DNA of 63,824 bases, the filler included, from Octopus bimaculoides (Eukaryota): the NCBI RefSeq assembly GCF_001194135.2. It is 6 parts of 6 records of this genome, joined end to end, with 100 filler letters (N's around TTAATTAATTAA, not from the genome) between each part and the next. Parts side by side here need not be neighbours in the genome. Positions count along the whole stretch, not along the records: positions 1 to 16,389 come from NC_068988.1; positions 16,490 to 21,942 come from NC_068987.1; positions 22,043 to 42,638 come from NC_068991.1; 3 more parts are not named here. The stretch is one strand, 5' to 3'. A program made the translations under genes and the position numbers. The notes below the pieces were generated by a model. The model had not been told where the DNA came from and ran no database searches. It worked only from the letters and a program-made list of their open reading frames with translations. Shown one piece after another: positions 11,156 through 22,335 of this stretch. The stretch's first letter is position 1. Every line of letters begins with the position of its first letter.

Positions 11156-12355
11156 GTAAGCAAAAATAAATACAAAAAAAGGGGTTTTGTATGATTGTGT
11201 ATAGAGGAATATATTATTTTGTTTAAAAGAGTTCCAACTCTGTCTGTTTTTTTATGTTTTATGTTTATATANNNNNNNNNNNNNNNNNNNNNNNNNNNNN
11301 NNNNNNNNNNNNNNNNNNNNNNNNNNNNNNNNNNNNNNNNNNNNNNNNNNNNNNNNNNNNNNNNNNNNNNNNNNNNNNNNNNNNNNNNNNNNNNNNNNNN
11401 NNNNNNNNNNNNNNNNNNNNNNNNNNNNNNNNNNNNNNNNNNNNNNNNNNNNNNNNNNNNNNNNNNNNNNNNNNNNNNNNNNNNNNNNNNNNNNNNNNNN
11501 NNNNNNNNNNNNNNNNNNNNNNNNNNNNNNNNNNNNNNNNNNNNNNNNNNNNNNNNNNNNNNNNNNNNNNNNNNNNNNNNNNNNNNNNNNNNNNNNNNNN
11601 NNNNNNNNNNNNNNNNNNNNNNNNNNNNNNNNNNNNNNNNNNNNNNNNNNNNNNNNNNNNNNNNNNNNNNNNNNNNNNNNNNNNNNNNNNNNNNNNNNNN
11701 NNNNNNNNNNNNNNNNNNNNNNNNNNNNNNNNNNNNNNNNNNNNNNNNNNNNNNNNNNNNNNNNNNNNNNNNNNNNNNNNNNNNNNNNNNNNNNNNNNNN
11801 NNNNNNNNNNNNNNNNNNNNNNNNNNNNNNNNNNNNNNNNNNNNNNNNNNNNNNNNNNNNNNNNNNNNNNNNNNNNNNNNNNNNNNNNNNNNNNNNNNNN
11901 NNNNNNNNNNNNNNNNNNNNNNNNNATATATATATATATATACACGTATGTATATAAAACAAAAAGAAAATGCTTCGAGAAGTTTATCATGGCTAAAGGA
12001 AAGAAAGTATTTACATCTTTACCAAAACAGACTACCGGTTTCAATCACTTTAAAAGACGATTTAGTCTTACTGAAACAAAACTAAAATAAATTAAATTAA
12101 ATTAATATTTCATGATACCAGATCAGAAAATTCGCTTGGCGCTGATATTTCGTTTGCTCCTGATTGCTGTTAGGTCTTAGAAATATTAATAGCTCAAGCA
12201 GTGGCACTTGCTTATTCTGATTAAGACTATTAGTAGTAGCAGTAGCAGCAGCAGAAGCAGTAGCAAAGCTAGTAACAGTAGTAGCAGACATGGTGCTGGT
12301 TGTATTAGTCTAATTAGTAGCAGCTATGTTAGGTTCAGCGAAAGTTGTATGTATG

Positions 12356-12389
<34 letters not shown>

Positions 12390-12532
12390 TGTTTGTATGT
12401 ATGTATGTATGTGTGTGTGTGTATATGTATGTATGTACGACGGGGTGCTGTAGTCGTCTCGCTTGAGAGATCGGCCTGTTTTCGGAAACTTTATCCTCCT
12501 CCTCCACCTCCTTCTAATTCTCATTATTATTA

Positions 12533-12594
<62 letters not shown>

Positions 12595-12634
12595 TTTATT
12601 ATGAATGTGATCCATCTTGTATGTGACATTTCAG

Positions 12635-12671
12635 AGTCTCGCTATCTCAAAAGCCGACTGAACACTTACAC
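12635..12671 (+). CDS. Candidate 37-nt exon (ESRYLKSRLNTY)
   Basis: Acceptor GACATTTCAG|, donor AC|GTACGT; phase 1 to 2 bridges 8369 and 14685. Confidence 0.25.
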
Positions 12672-12794
12672 GTACGTAGAAGCTGCCGCACTCATTCAGG
12701 CGCATATACATACGTTAATAGATGCATCTCTGTGTGCTGTGCAAGTATATATACAGACACATACACAACTGCACCAGTCATGAATTATACGTAC

Positions 12795-12837
<43 letters not shown>

Positions 12838-14279
12838 NNNNNNNNNNNNNNNNNNNNNNNNNNNNNNNNNNNNNNNNNNNNNNNNNNNNNNNNNNNNNNN
12901 NNNNNNNNNNNNNNNNNNNNNNNNNNNNNNNNNNNNNNNNNNNNNNNNNNNNNNNNNNNNNNNNNNNNNNNNNNNNNNNNNNNNNNNNNNNNNNNNNNNN
13001 NNNNNNNNNNNNNNNNNNNNNNNNNNNNNNNNNNNNNNNNNNNNNNNNNNNNNNNNNNNNNNNNNNNNNNNNNNNNNNNNNNNNNNNNNNNNNNNNNNNN
13101 NNNNNNNNNNNNNNNNNNNNNNNNNNNNNNNNNNNNNNNNNNNNNNNNNNNNNNNNNNNNNNNNNNNNNNNNNNNNNNNNNNNNNNNNNNNNNNNNNNNN
13201 NNNNNNNNNNNNNNNNNNNNNNNNNNNNNNNNNNNNNNNNNNNNNNNNNNNNNNNNNNNNNNNNNNNNNNNNNNNNNNNNNNNNNNNNNNNNNNNNNNNN
13301 NNNNNNNNNNNNNNNNNNNNNNNNNNNNNNNNNNNNNNNNNNNNNNNNNNNNNNNNNNNNNNNNNNNNNNNNNNNNNNNNNNNNNNNNNNNNNNNNNNNN
13401 NNNNNNNNNNNNNNNNNNNNNNNNNNNNNNNNNNNNNNNNNNNNNNNNNNNNNNNNNNNNNNNNNNNNNNNNNNNNNNNNNNNNNNNNNNNNNNNNNNNN
13501 NNNNNNNNNNNNNNNNNNNNNNNNNNNNNNNNNNNNNNNNNNNNNNNNNNNNNNNNNNNNNNNNNNNNNNNNNNNNNNNNNNNNNNNNNNNNNNNNNNNN
13601 NNNNNNNNNNNNNNNNNNNNNNNNNNNNNNNNNNNNNNNNNNATATACTCGCACATACACATGAGTACATCCATGCAAACGCTAAAAACCAACCCTTTTA
13701 TCGGAAGAATTTCAAATAACCACAGACATAAATAAATGCACGCATACAAAAATCTATCGACATTTACTCACACACATACACACACGCACACACACACACG
13801 CACACACACACGCGCGCGCACACACATACACACACATAAACAAACGCTCACACACACACATCTATCTCCGTACCTCCCCAAATCTATCTACATACCTACC
13901 TACATACATCCATGCGCGCAACACGTACATACGTGGACTCAGTCGTACACAGGTATGTACACGAAATTGTGAAATAAGTTATTAAAGAATAGGAATGGTT
14001 AAGAAATACATATAAAGAATTTACAGGGTAGAATAGAGAATGGTCTAAAAATATAGAAATCATTGCCATTAGCTAATAGAAGAACTCCGAATGTCTCAAA
14101 CTTCAAAAAGAAACTAAAATCTTTCTGTGTTTTTTTTTTTTACTTCATAGACTCAGAGTATTATTCTTTAAACCTAAAAATAATATACTCTTAGCGTCGT
14201 GCATAACTGTAGAAAACTCTAGAAGCTACTTAGATTGGTAAAGGAGAGCTGTGGAGCTGCTGTAGTAACAACAAAGAAA

Positions 14280-14610
14280 TCGTTGTCGTCGTTATCATTC
14301 AGCATCATAATCATCATCGTCATCATTGTCATCATCGTCATCGTCGTCACCATCATCATGGTTATCATTGTCGTCGTCATCGCCGTCGTCATTCTCGTCA
14401 GCATCATCATCGTCATCATTATCGTCACCGTCATCATCATCGTCGTGTCGTCGTCTCATCATCATTAGCGTCGTCGTCGTTATCGCCATCATTATCGTCA
14501 TCATCGTCGTCGTTGCCGTCGTCATCACCGTCATTGTCATCATCACCATCGTCATCACAATTATCGTCATCACAATTATCGTCGCTGTTTTGGTTATCGC
14601 CATCATCTTT
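14280..14610. repeat. Degenerate (ATC/GTC)n trinucleotide array
   Basis: Direct sequence. Confidence 0.92.
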
Positions 14611-14684
14611 ATTAATTGAAACTTTACTGCAAGCTTTATTTACTTCCCGCTCTGTAGTAAACCCACCACCTTCCCCACTTTCAG

Positions 14685-14895
14685 AAATTCTGATCAAACC
14701 AATTATGAACATGATTCGCTTTATGTTCACTTTAATGGAATTACTACAATTTTTCCAGAAATTTCCGTGAAACGTCTTTCAGATCAAGCGCAGAAGATTA
14801 CGAAGCTGTCTTTTGTTGAATACCTTCTAAAAATTAAAATTTCACTGTTTGGGATTTTTATGGGTTATTGGGAGGGAGAATGTCACCAGTCGTGA
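14685..14895 (+). CDS. Candidate exon (NSDQTNYEHDSLYVHFNGITTIFPEISVKRLSDQAQKITKLSFVEYLLKIKISLFGIFMGYWEGECHQS*)
   Basis: Strong pyrimidine tract CCACCTTCCCCACTTTCAG| followed by ~69 stop-free codons of non-repetitive composition. Confidence 0.3.
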
Positions 14896-15238
14896 CCTTT
14901 GTTGGACTCTCTGAGACTAATAGCGAGTTGATGGTGAGGTAAACCACATCACATAGGTTGTTGTTGCTGCTGTTGTTGTTGTTGTTGCTGACTATCTGGA
15001 GGTCTGTCTGGATCAGGCAAACTAATGATTAACGATATTCAAACCACGATCAAGACATCTGTTATTCATCAAATACGTATCTTCTTTTAAGACGACGGTT
15101 GTGCGCTATTTGAGAAGCATTGGATAGTATTTTAAGCAGGACAATTGACTGCTTGGAGGGTTCTCTGTTTCTCTCGACTCAGATGGCAGCAGCATATCAA
15201 AATATTTTAGTATAGCGACTTATGATTTTGATCATCTC

Positions 15239-15420
15239 TGGCTATGTGGTAAGTAGCTTGCTTACGAACCACATGGCTCCGGGTTCAGTCCCGCTGCATG
15301 GCACCTTGGGCAAGTGTCTTCTACTATAGCCTCGATCCGACCAAAGCCTTGTGAGTAGATTTGGTAGACGGAAACTGAAAGAAGCCCGTCGTATATATGT
15401 ATATATATATATATATATAT
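15239..15420 (+). mobile_element. tRNA-derived SINE family B, 5' half
   Basis: A-box TGGCTATGTGG, B-box-like GGGTTCAGTCCC, CACCTTGGGCAAGTGTCTTC, GGAAACTGAAAGAAGCCCGTCG then an internal (TA)n running into a gap. Confidence 0.92.
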
Positions 15421-15732
15421 NNNNNNNNNNNNNNNNNNNNNNNNNNNNNNNNNNNNNNNNNNNNNNNNNNNNNNNNNNNNNNNNNNNNNNNNNNNNNNNN
15501 NNNNNNNNNNNNNNNNNNNNNNNNNNNNNNNNNNNNNNNNNNNNNNNNNNNNNNNNNNNNNNNNNNNNNNNNNNNNNNNNNNNNNNNNNNNNNNNNNNNN
15601 NNNNNNNNNNNNNNNNNNNNNNNNNNNNNNNNNNNNNNNNNNNNNNNNNNNNNNNNNNNNNNNNNNNNNNNNNNNNNNNNNNNNNNNNNNNNNNNNNNNN
15701 NNNNNNNNNNNNNNNNNNNNNNNNNNNNGAGA

Positions 15733-15733
15733 G

Positions 15734-15809
<76 letters not shown>

Positions 15810-15930
15810 GATCGATCGATCTGTCTATTTATCTGTCCGTCCGTCTGTGCGTCTGTCTGTTCGTCCATCCATCTATCCATCCATCTGTCCGTCCGTCCGT
15901 CCGTCCGTCCATCCATCCATCCATCCATCT
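15733..15930. repeat. (ATCT)n grading into (GTCC)n/(ATCC)n
   Basis: Direct sequence. Confidence 0.95.
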
Positions 15931-16354
15931 GTTCACCCTTACATTCGCGGAGCAAAAAGGAGGCTGTGAATTGTTTTCAATTGGATATCAGCACCAAATT
16001 AATTTGAAAATAGAAACATAGATGGTGATTATACGGAATTAATGGGCCAATTAACTGGTGTTCACACCAATATGACTGCACTCTAGGAATAAAACTTAAC
16101 ATTTTTAAAAATCGTATATGGCGTATGAAAAAGCAACTTTAAAAATTAGGTGACTTCACTGTAACATCAATTTCAATGGTATCCTTTAAGCTGATTTAAA
16201 AAAATCTTTTGGTCAGATTTCACAGAACTTTTACGGAGCCTCGGGTGTAGATAAAGAATACTTTCAAACAATTTTTTGTAATCTTATAAGGGCAATTTCA
16301 CTTTGTTCTTCTTTTCTTAATTTCTTGATTGTTTTCGTTCGTTCATTCCTACTA

Positions 16355-16389
<35 letters not shown>

Positions 16390-16433
16390 NNNNNNNNNNN
16401 NNNNNNNNNNNNNNNNNNNNNNNNNNNNNNNNN

Positions 16434-16445
16434 TTAATTAATTAA
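16434..16445. other. Artificial scaffold-join linker TTAATTAATTAA
   Basis: Centred in 44 N + 12 + 44 N; palindromic with stops in all six frames. Confidence 0.95.
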
Positions 16446-16489
16446 NNNNNNNNNNNNNNNNNNNNNNNNNNNNNNNNNNNNNNNNNNNN

Positions 16490-16535
<46 letters not shown>

Positions 16536-16684
16536 TTATATATTTATATTTATACATATATATATATGTACGTGTATATATATGTTTTACATATATATAT
16601 TCTTTAATTGCTTTATTCTTTTAGTTGTATTACCCATGCAGCTAGGGTCATATATTGTACGCACACGCACACGCACATGCATAT

Positions 16685-16846
16685 AGGTGCAGAAATGGCT
16701 GTGTAGTGAGAAGTTTGCTACCTCATCACATGGCTCCGGGCTTAGCTGAACTCCGTGACGCCTTGGGCAAGTATCTTTTGCTATAGCCCAGAGTCGACCG
16801 TAGTCTTGTGACTGCATTTGTAGACGTAAACTGAAAGAAACCCACC

Positions 16847-16880
<34 letters not shown>
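16685..16880 (+). mobile_element. Older SINE-B 5' half ending in its internal (TA)n
   Basis: AGGTGCAGAAATGGCTGTGTAG...CCTTGGGCAAGT...AAACTGAAAGAAACCC-(TA)n. Confidence 0.85.
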
Positions 16881-16883
<3 letters not shown>

Positions 16884-17240
16884 CGCAGGAATGGCTGTGT
16901 GGTAAGTAGCTTGCTTACCAGCCATATGGTTCCGGGTTCAGTCTCACTGCGTGGCCCCTTGGGAAGGTGTCTTCTTATATAGCCTGTGACCAACCAAAGC
17001 CTTATGAGTGGATTTGGGAGATGGAAACTGAAAGAAGCCCATCGTACATATATGTATATGCTTGTGTGTCTGTGTTTGTCCTCCCACCATTGTTTGACAA
17101 CCGATGCTGGCGGTTCGGCAAAGGACACCAATAGTATAAGTACTAGTCTTACAAAGAATTAGTCCTGGGGTCGATTTCTTCGACTAAAGTCGGTGCTCCA
17201 GCATGCCCGCAGTCAAATGATTGAAACAAATAAAAGAATA
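16881..17240 (+). mobile_element. SINE-B, near full length, inserted in the (TA)n of the preceding copy
   Basis: AGGCGCAGGAATGGCTGTGTGG head through GGTGCTCCAGCATGCCCGCAGTCAAATGATTGAAAC tail. Confidence 0.93.
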
Positions 17241-17752
17241 TATATGCATATATATATATGTTAAAATGCCTTTATACCACCATATAGATTTCCCGAAAAG
17301 AATAAATAACGAGTCCACACGACTCACATTATGTTTTGCGCGTTTGGAGATTAAAGTAAAGTTTTATTTACCTGCTTATTTCTCATCTTCAGTACAGCAT
17401 TTGGAAATATAAATTTGAGAGTGTTAGGATTAAATATGTACACGATCTAGCGTCATCGCATAACAGATATTCAACCAACACCTCCCAAAATATACAGCTG
17501 AATGTGTACACAAGTGTGTTACCGTCTGGGAGATCTTTATGGTAGTAGAAAAGCCATTTAAAATCCTATTTCTAAATTCAGTGCATGGCAAAGCAATTAG
17601 CTGACCCCTGATTATAGTTATACTTATAATTATAGAATATATATATATATACACGAATCTGTTCCTATAAAAAGGAAATATAAAAATTGTCAAATTTAGC
17701 ACGAACAATCTGTATTCAAGTTTTTTAACTACGTCCACAAAGCGGAATTTGT

Positions 17753-18281
17753 CCCCACATTATTGAACAGGGTCTAAGGCTCAATTCAGATGGCTATGTG
17801 AGGCTGCTGGTGATTGTGGTGCGTCCCTGGCTGAAGAGAGTCGGTATTAGATGGTCATATATGCGGCAGCAGGTTTCAGAACCTTGCCATACCTCTGGAA
17901 AAATTTAGAAGTTGTTGTCGGAGAATTTCTTCGACTTCACCAGCCTTGATATCCGGCCTTCTAATTCCGCCGGTTGTAATCCTTACGTTTATGGCTGGGT
18001 TGAGAATGATACAAACCGCTCTGTCTTTTACACAAAGGCCGGCTTGGCGGCCAAGATCAAGAAGGTGTTCGAGATCTACCTGAGGATACAGTAAGAAAAG
18101 CATATATCTTGTTGTGGAGGCGTCTCGAGGCTGTTGGACAACGCCGAAGATGTCTACTTGGAGTAAACTACCTCCCGGTCATATATTGTTGATATTTTAA
18201 AAATACTTTTTACATTAGATGTGATATTCAGTTTAGATTTCCGTTTATGCAAACTGATACATTTAGCCCGAAAATCCTGTA
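17753..18281 (+). mobile_element. Tc1/mariner (DD37D, maT-like) transposase C-terminal remnant with probable right end
   Basis: PHIIEQGLRLNSDGY...PWL...QQVSEPCHTS...SENFFDF...RPSNSAGCNP-YVYGWVENDTN...KIKKVF / EDTVRKA...RRLEAV matches QQDSAPCHTS, WPPNSPDCNPMDY and RLEAV motifs; one stop, frameshifts; ends ...ATCCTG|TA. Confidence 0.9.
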
Positions 18282-18603
18282 CATATACGTAAATATGTAT
18301 GTATGTGTGTGTGTGTGAGTGCGTGCGTGCGTGCGTGTGCGTGTGTGTTATATTATGTCTACTAAAGCTGTTGCTTCATGTAGAGTATATGAAAGATACA
18401 CGCCTCTGGTTTATAGAAGAAAAAAAACACTCTGCATATATTTCTGTAGATTGGTGACATAAAACATCGCATACGGAAATGTGAAGTGTCGGCTGTCGGT
18501 ATCACGAATCTGTTTTTTCTTATAAGTCATAGCTGTTTGCAAACACCCACTAACTGTTACACACCCGAAAGAGTTATAAATACATATACATATCCATATA
18601 GAC

Positions 18604-18635
<32 letters not shown>

Positions 18636-18638
18636 GCA

Positions 18639-18685
<47 letters not shown>

Positions 18686-19314
18686 NNNNNNNNNNNNNNN
18701 NNNNNNNNNNNNNNNNNNNNNNNNNNNNNNNNNNNNNNNNNNNNNNNNNNNNNNNNNNNNNNNNNNNNNNNNNNNNNNNNNNNNNNNNNNNNNNNNNNNN
18801 NNNNNNNNNNNNNNNNNNNNNNNNNNNNNNNNNNNNNNNNNNNNNNNNNNNNNNNNNNNNNNNNNNNNNNNNNNNNNNNNNNNNNNNNNNNNNNNNNNNN
18901 NNNNNNNNNNNNNNNNNNNNNNNNNNNNNNNNNNNNNNNNNNNNNNNNNNNNNNNNNNNNNNNNNNNNNNNNNNNNNNNNNNNNNNNNNNNNNNNNNNNN
19001 NNNNNNNNNNNNNNNNNNNNNNNNNNNNNNNNNNNNNNNNNNNNNNNNNNNNNNNNNNNNNNNNNNNNNNNNNNNNNNNNNNNNNNNNNNNNNNNNNNNN
19101 NNNNNNNNNNNNNNNNNNNNNNNNNNNNNNNNNNNNNNNNNNNNNNNNNNNNNNNNNNNNNNNNNNNNNNNNNNNNNNNNNNNNNNNNNNNNNNNNNNNN
19201 NNNNNNNNNNNNNNNNNNNNNNNNNNNNNNNNNNNNNNNNNNNNNNNNNNNNNNNNNNNNNNNNNNNNNNNNNNNNNNNNNNNNNNNNNNNNNNNNNNNN
19301 NNNNNNNNNNNNNN

Positions 19315-19361
<47 letters not shown>

Positions 19362-20939
19362 CATGAATATTTATACAAACACACACACAAACACACACAC
19401 TCTCATAACATACGTACAATTTCATATGTTTATGTGTGTTTGTTTTTTTATGTGGGTATATATACATATTCCGTTAGTTACACAAATTTAAATGCTTGCA
19501 TATTTCTGTATATAATATTCTCACAAACACTATAAATGTTATTTCCTGATATTAGCATTTTTACTATACATAAATCATGGTCACATAGACAAGTGCATGC
19601 AGACGTATAGATGCATAAATATACACACAACCGTGCACACAGACGCATACATTAACTCGCCGTTGTGTAACAGTATCAGCGTATGTATATAGTTTTGTTT
19701 AGCCATAGTTCCGCATGTGATCAAAGGCTTCTCAACCGTGACTGTCCCAACTTTCTCTTTTACTTTTTCCCTAGAATAGTGCATTTAGGACTATATTATG
19801 AAGTATGTCGTTCCGATTTGAAGTAAAATTTATGATTTGTGGAGCGTTCGACTCCTATTTTTAGGAGTGTATATAAATGCACACCTGTGTGTGTAATGGG
19901 CTGGAGTGGGTATGCGTGTATGTCTAAATGCGGTTGATTAGTAGCTGTATGTGTTTCCATATAAGCTGTGTATGGATTTAAATGTGAATCTGCAGGTATG
20001 CACCTATATATTTCTCTGTTGCTTCTGTAGTTGTGTGTATGTAGGTGTGTGTGTGTGTGGGTGTGTGTGTGTGTGTGTATCCGGGTTAGTGAAGATATGT
20101 GAATATCTATGTATAGGTGTGGGTAGACTACGTATCTATATGTACATGTGATTGTGTGTAAGCTGTGTGTGTATATGTGCTTTTGAAGCTATGTATATGT
20201 ATATAGCGTGTATATGTAACTATACCTGTATAGCTTGTATATATATATATATATNNNNNNNNNNNNNNNNNNNNNNNNNNNNNNNNNNNNNNNNNNNNNN
20301 NNNNNNNNNNNNNNNNNNNNNNNNNNNNNNNNNNNNNNNNNNNNNNNNNNNNNNNNNNNNNNNNNNNNNNNNNNNNNNNNNNNNNNNNNNNNNNNNNNNN
20401 NNNNNNNNNNNNNNNCTTGTATTTATATATATATATATATATATAAGTCTTTACATGCAGTCGTGTATAGCATTGTCTTCGTGTGTGTTTATGTACGGGT
20501 GAATTTCTGTGTATATCATAATGCGCCTATGTGTCTGTATGCGTGTAGATAAATGTGTATAAATTTATATGTGCAACTGTGTGTGTAGCTGTGTTTGTAA
20601 CTTTCTCTCTCTCACTCACTATATATATATATGTGTTTGTATAACATTGTATTTGTGTGTGTGTGTGTGTGTGTGATTGTATATGTCTGTGCATATTGTT
20701 GTAGTTATGTATGTATGTGTGTTGTGATATGCTTAGCTGTGTATAAGAATTGTGTGAGTGTAGTTATTTGCATGTAGGAGTGTGTATATTATGTGCTCTG
20801 ATGCTCATATGTATAATTATGTATGGATGTATTATACCAGTGGAAAAAGGTGAGTCACACATTTCTACAGAATTCAAAGTAAATCACAACCACAGGTAAT
20901 CGATAGTTTCTCACCGACAGTTTACGGATATTCTAATTA

Positions 20940-21660
20940 GTTTAGCATGCTGTTTTAGCAGTGGCAGTGGCGGTATTGGTGGTGTTGGTGTTGGTGAAGG
21001 TGGTGATGGTGGGGGTGGTATTAGTGTTGGTGGCAATGGTGGTGGTATTGGTAGTGGTGATGAAAGTGGTAGTGATATTGGTGGTGAAGGTGTTGGTGGC
21101 AGTGCAGGTTGTGATGGAGGTTGTGGTTTTGGGAGAGGCTTCAATGGAAATTTTTTTGGTTATGGAAGCAGAGGCCGGTTTTTGTTGATGGAAATCTTCA
21201 TAATGGTGGTGGTGTCGGTGGTGATGAGGGTGGTGGTTGTGACGTTGCTTGTGGCTATGGTTGAGGCAGTAGTGATCATAGTTTGATGGTGGTGGTAGTT
21301 GTGTTGGTGGTGTAGGTGGTGGGGGTGGGGGTGGTAGTGTTGGTGGTGGTGGTAATGGTTATGACGGTGGTGGTCGTGCAGCTGGTGGTGATGTTTATGA
21401 AGGTGAAGATAGTAGTGTTGGTTGTGATTATGGTGGAGGTAGTGGTCGTGGTTTGATAGTCGGGATGGTTATAATTCTGTTGGTGGTAGTGCAGGTTTTG
21501 ATGGAGGTCCTCATCGCCGAAATATTGGTCGTAGGTATGGCGGTCCAGTGTTGGCGATAGTTAATATAATGCCGGTGGTAGTGGGGACTGTAGTGCTGGT
21601 GTCGTAGTTGTAGTGCAGGTGAAAGTGTAGTTATGACCAAAACAATGATATAGTTGTAGT
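20940..21660. repeat. Degenerate (GGT/AGT)n trinucleotide array
   Basis: Direct sequence. Confidence 0.9.
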
Positions 21661-21729
21661 ACTGTAATGATGGAGGTGTAATTTATCTCATGGTAGCAGT
21701 GATAACGCTTCAGGATAAAATTTTCGTGC

Positions 21730-21794
<65 letters not shown>

Positions 21795-21795
21795 C

Positions 21796-21828
<33 letters not shown>

Positions 21829-21986
21829 ACAAGAAAAAAAAATAAAACAAAAAGGCAAAAGAGAGTCACTTACTGTTATAGTTTCTTCAATGAGAATATT
21901 GACCAAGGTTACCGTGGTCTTTTCCGTGGGCTTTTCCTTCCANNNNNNNNNNNNNNNNNNNNNNNNNNNNNNNNNNNNNNNNNNNN

Positions 21987-21998
21987 TTAATTAATTAA
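21987..21998. other. Artificial scaffold-join linker
   Basis: TTAATTAATTAA centred in a 100-nt N block. Confidence 0.95.
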
Positions 21999-22042
21999 NN
22001 NNNNNNNNNNNNNNNNNNNNNNNNNNNNNNNNNNNNNNNNNN

Positions 22043-22076
<34 letters not shown>

Positions 22077-22171
22077 AAAAACACACACATACATATATGC
22101 TCCACAAATATACATAAAAATATACTTATATAAATACATATAGTTGAGTGTATATATATATATATATATAT

Positions 22172-22335
22172 AGGCGTAGGCGTGGCTTTATAGTAAGGAG
22201 ATTGCTTCCCAAGCTCATGGTTCCAGGTTCGATTCCACTGCGTGGAATATTGGGAAAGTGTTTTCAACTATAAGCCCTGGACTGATCACACTTTGTGAGT
22301 GAATTTAGTATGCGAAAACTGAGAGGAGCCCACCT
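22172..22335 (+). mobile_element. SINE-B 5' half, diverged, directly after (TA)n
   Basis: AGGCGTAGGCGTGGC...GGTTCGATTCC...TTGGGAAAGTGT...AAAACTGAGAGGAGCCC. Confidence 0.8.

Noticed and set aside
14219-14770. Poly-Asp, poly-Ser and poly-Ile ORFs
   Set aside because: Products of the (ATC/GTC)n array.
16434-16445. TTAATTAATTAA as a biological motif (piggyBac TTAA sites or homeodomain sites)
   Set aside because: Always centred in identical 100-nt N blocks, so it is an assembly linker.
20911-21640. Pro-rich (minus) and Gly/Val-rich (plus) ORFs
   Set aside because: Cryptic (GGT)n repeat; the frames are broken by stops.
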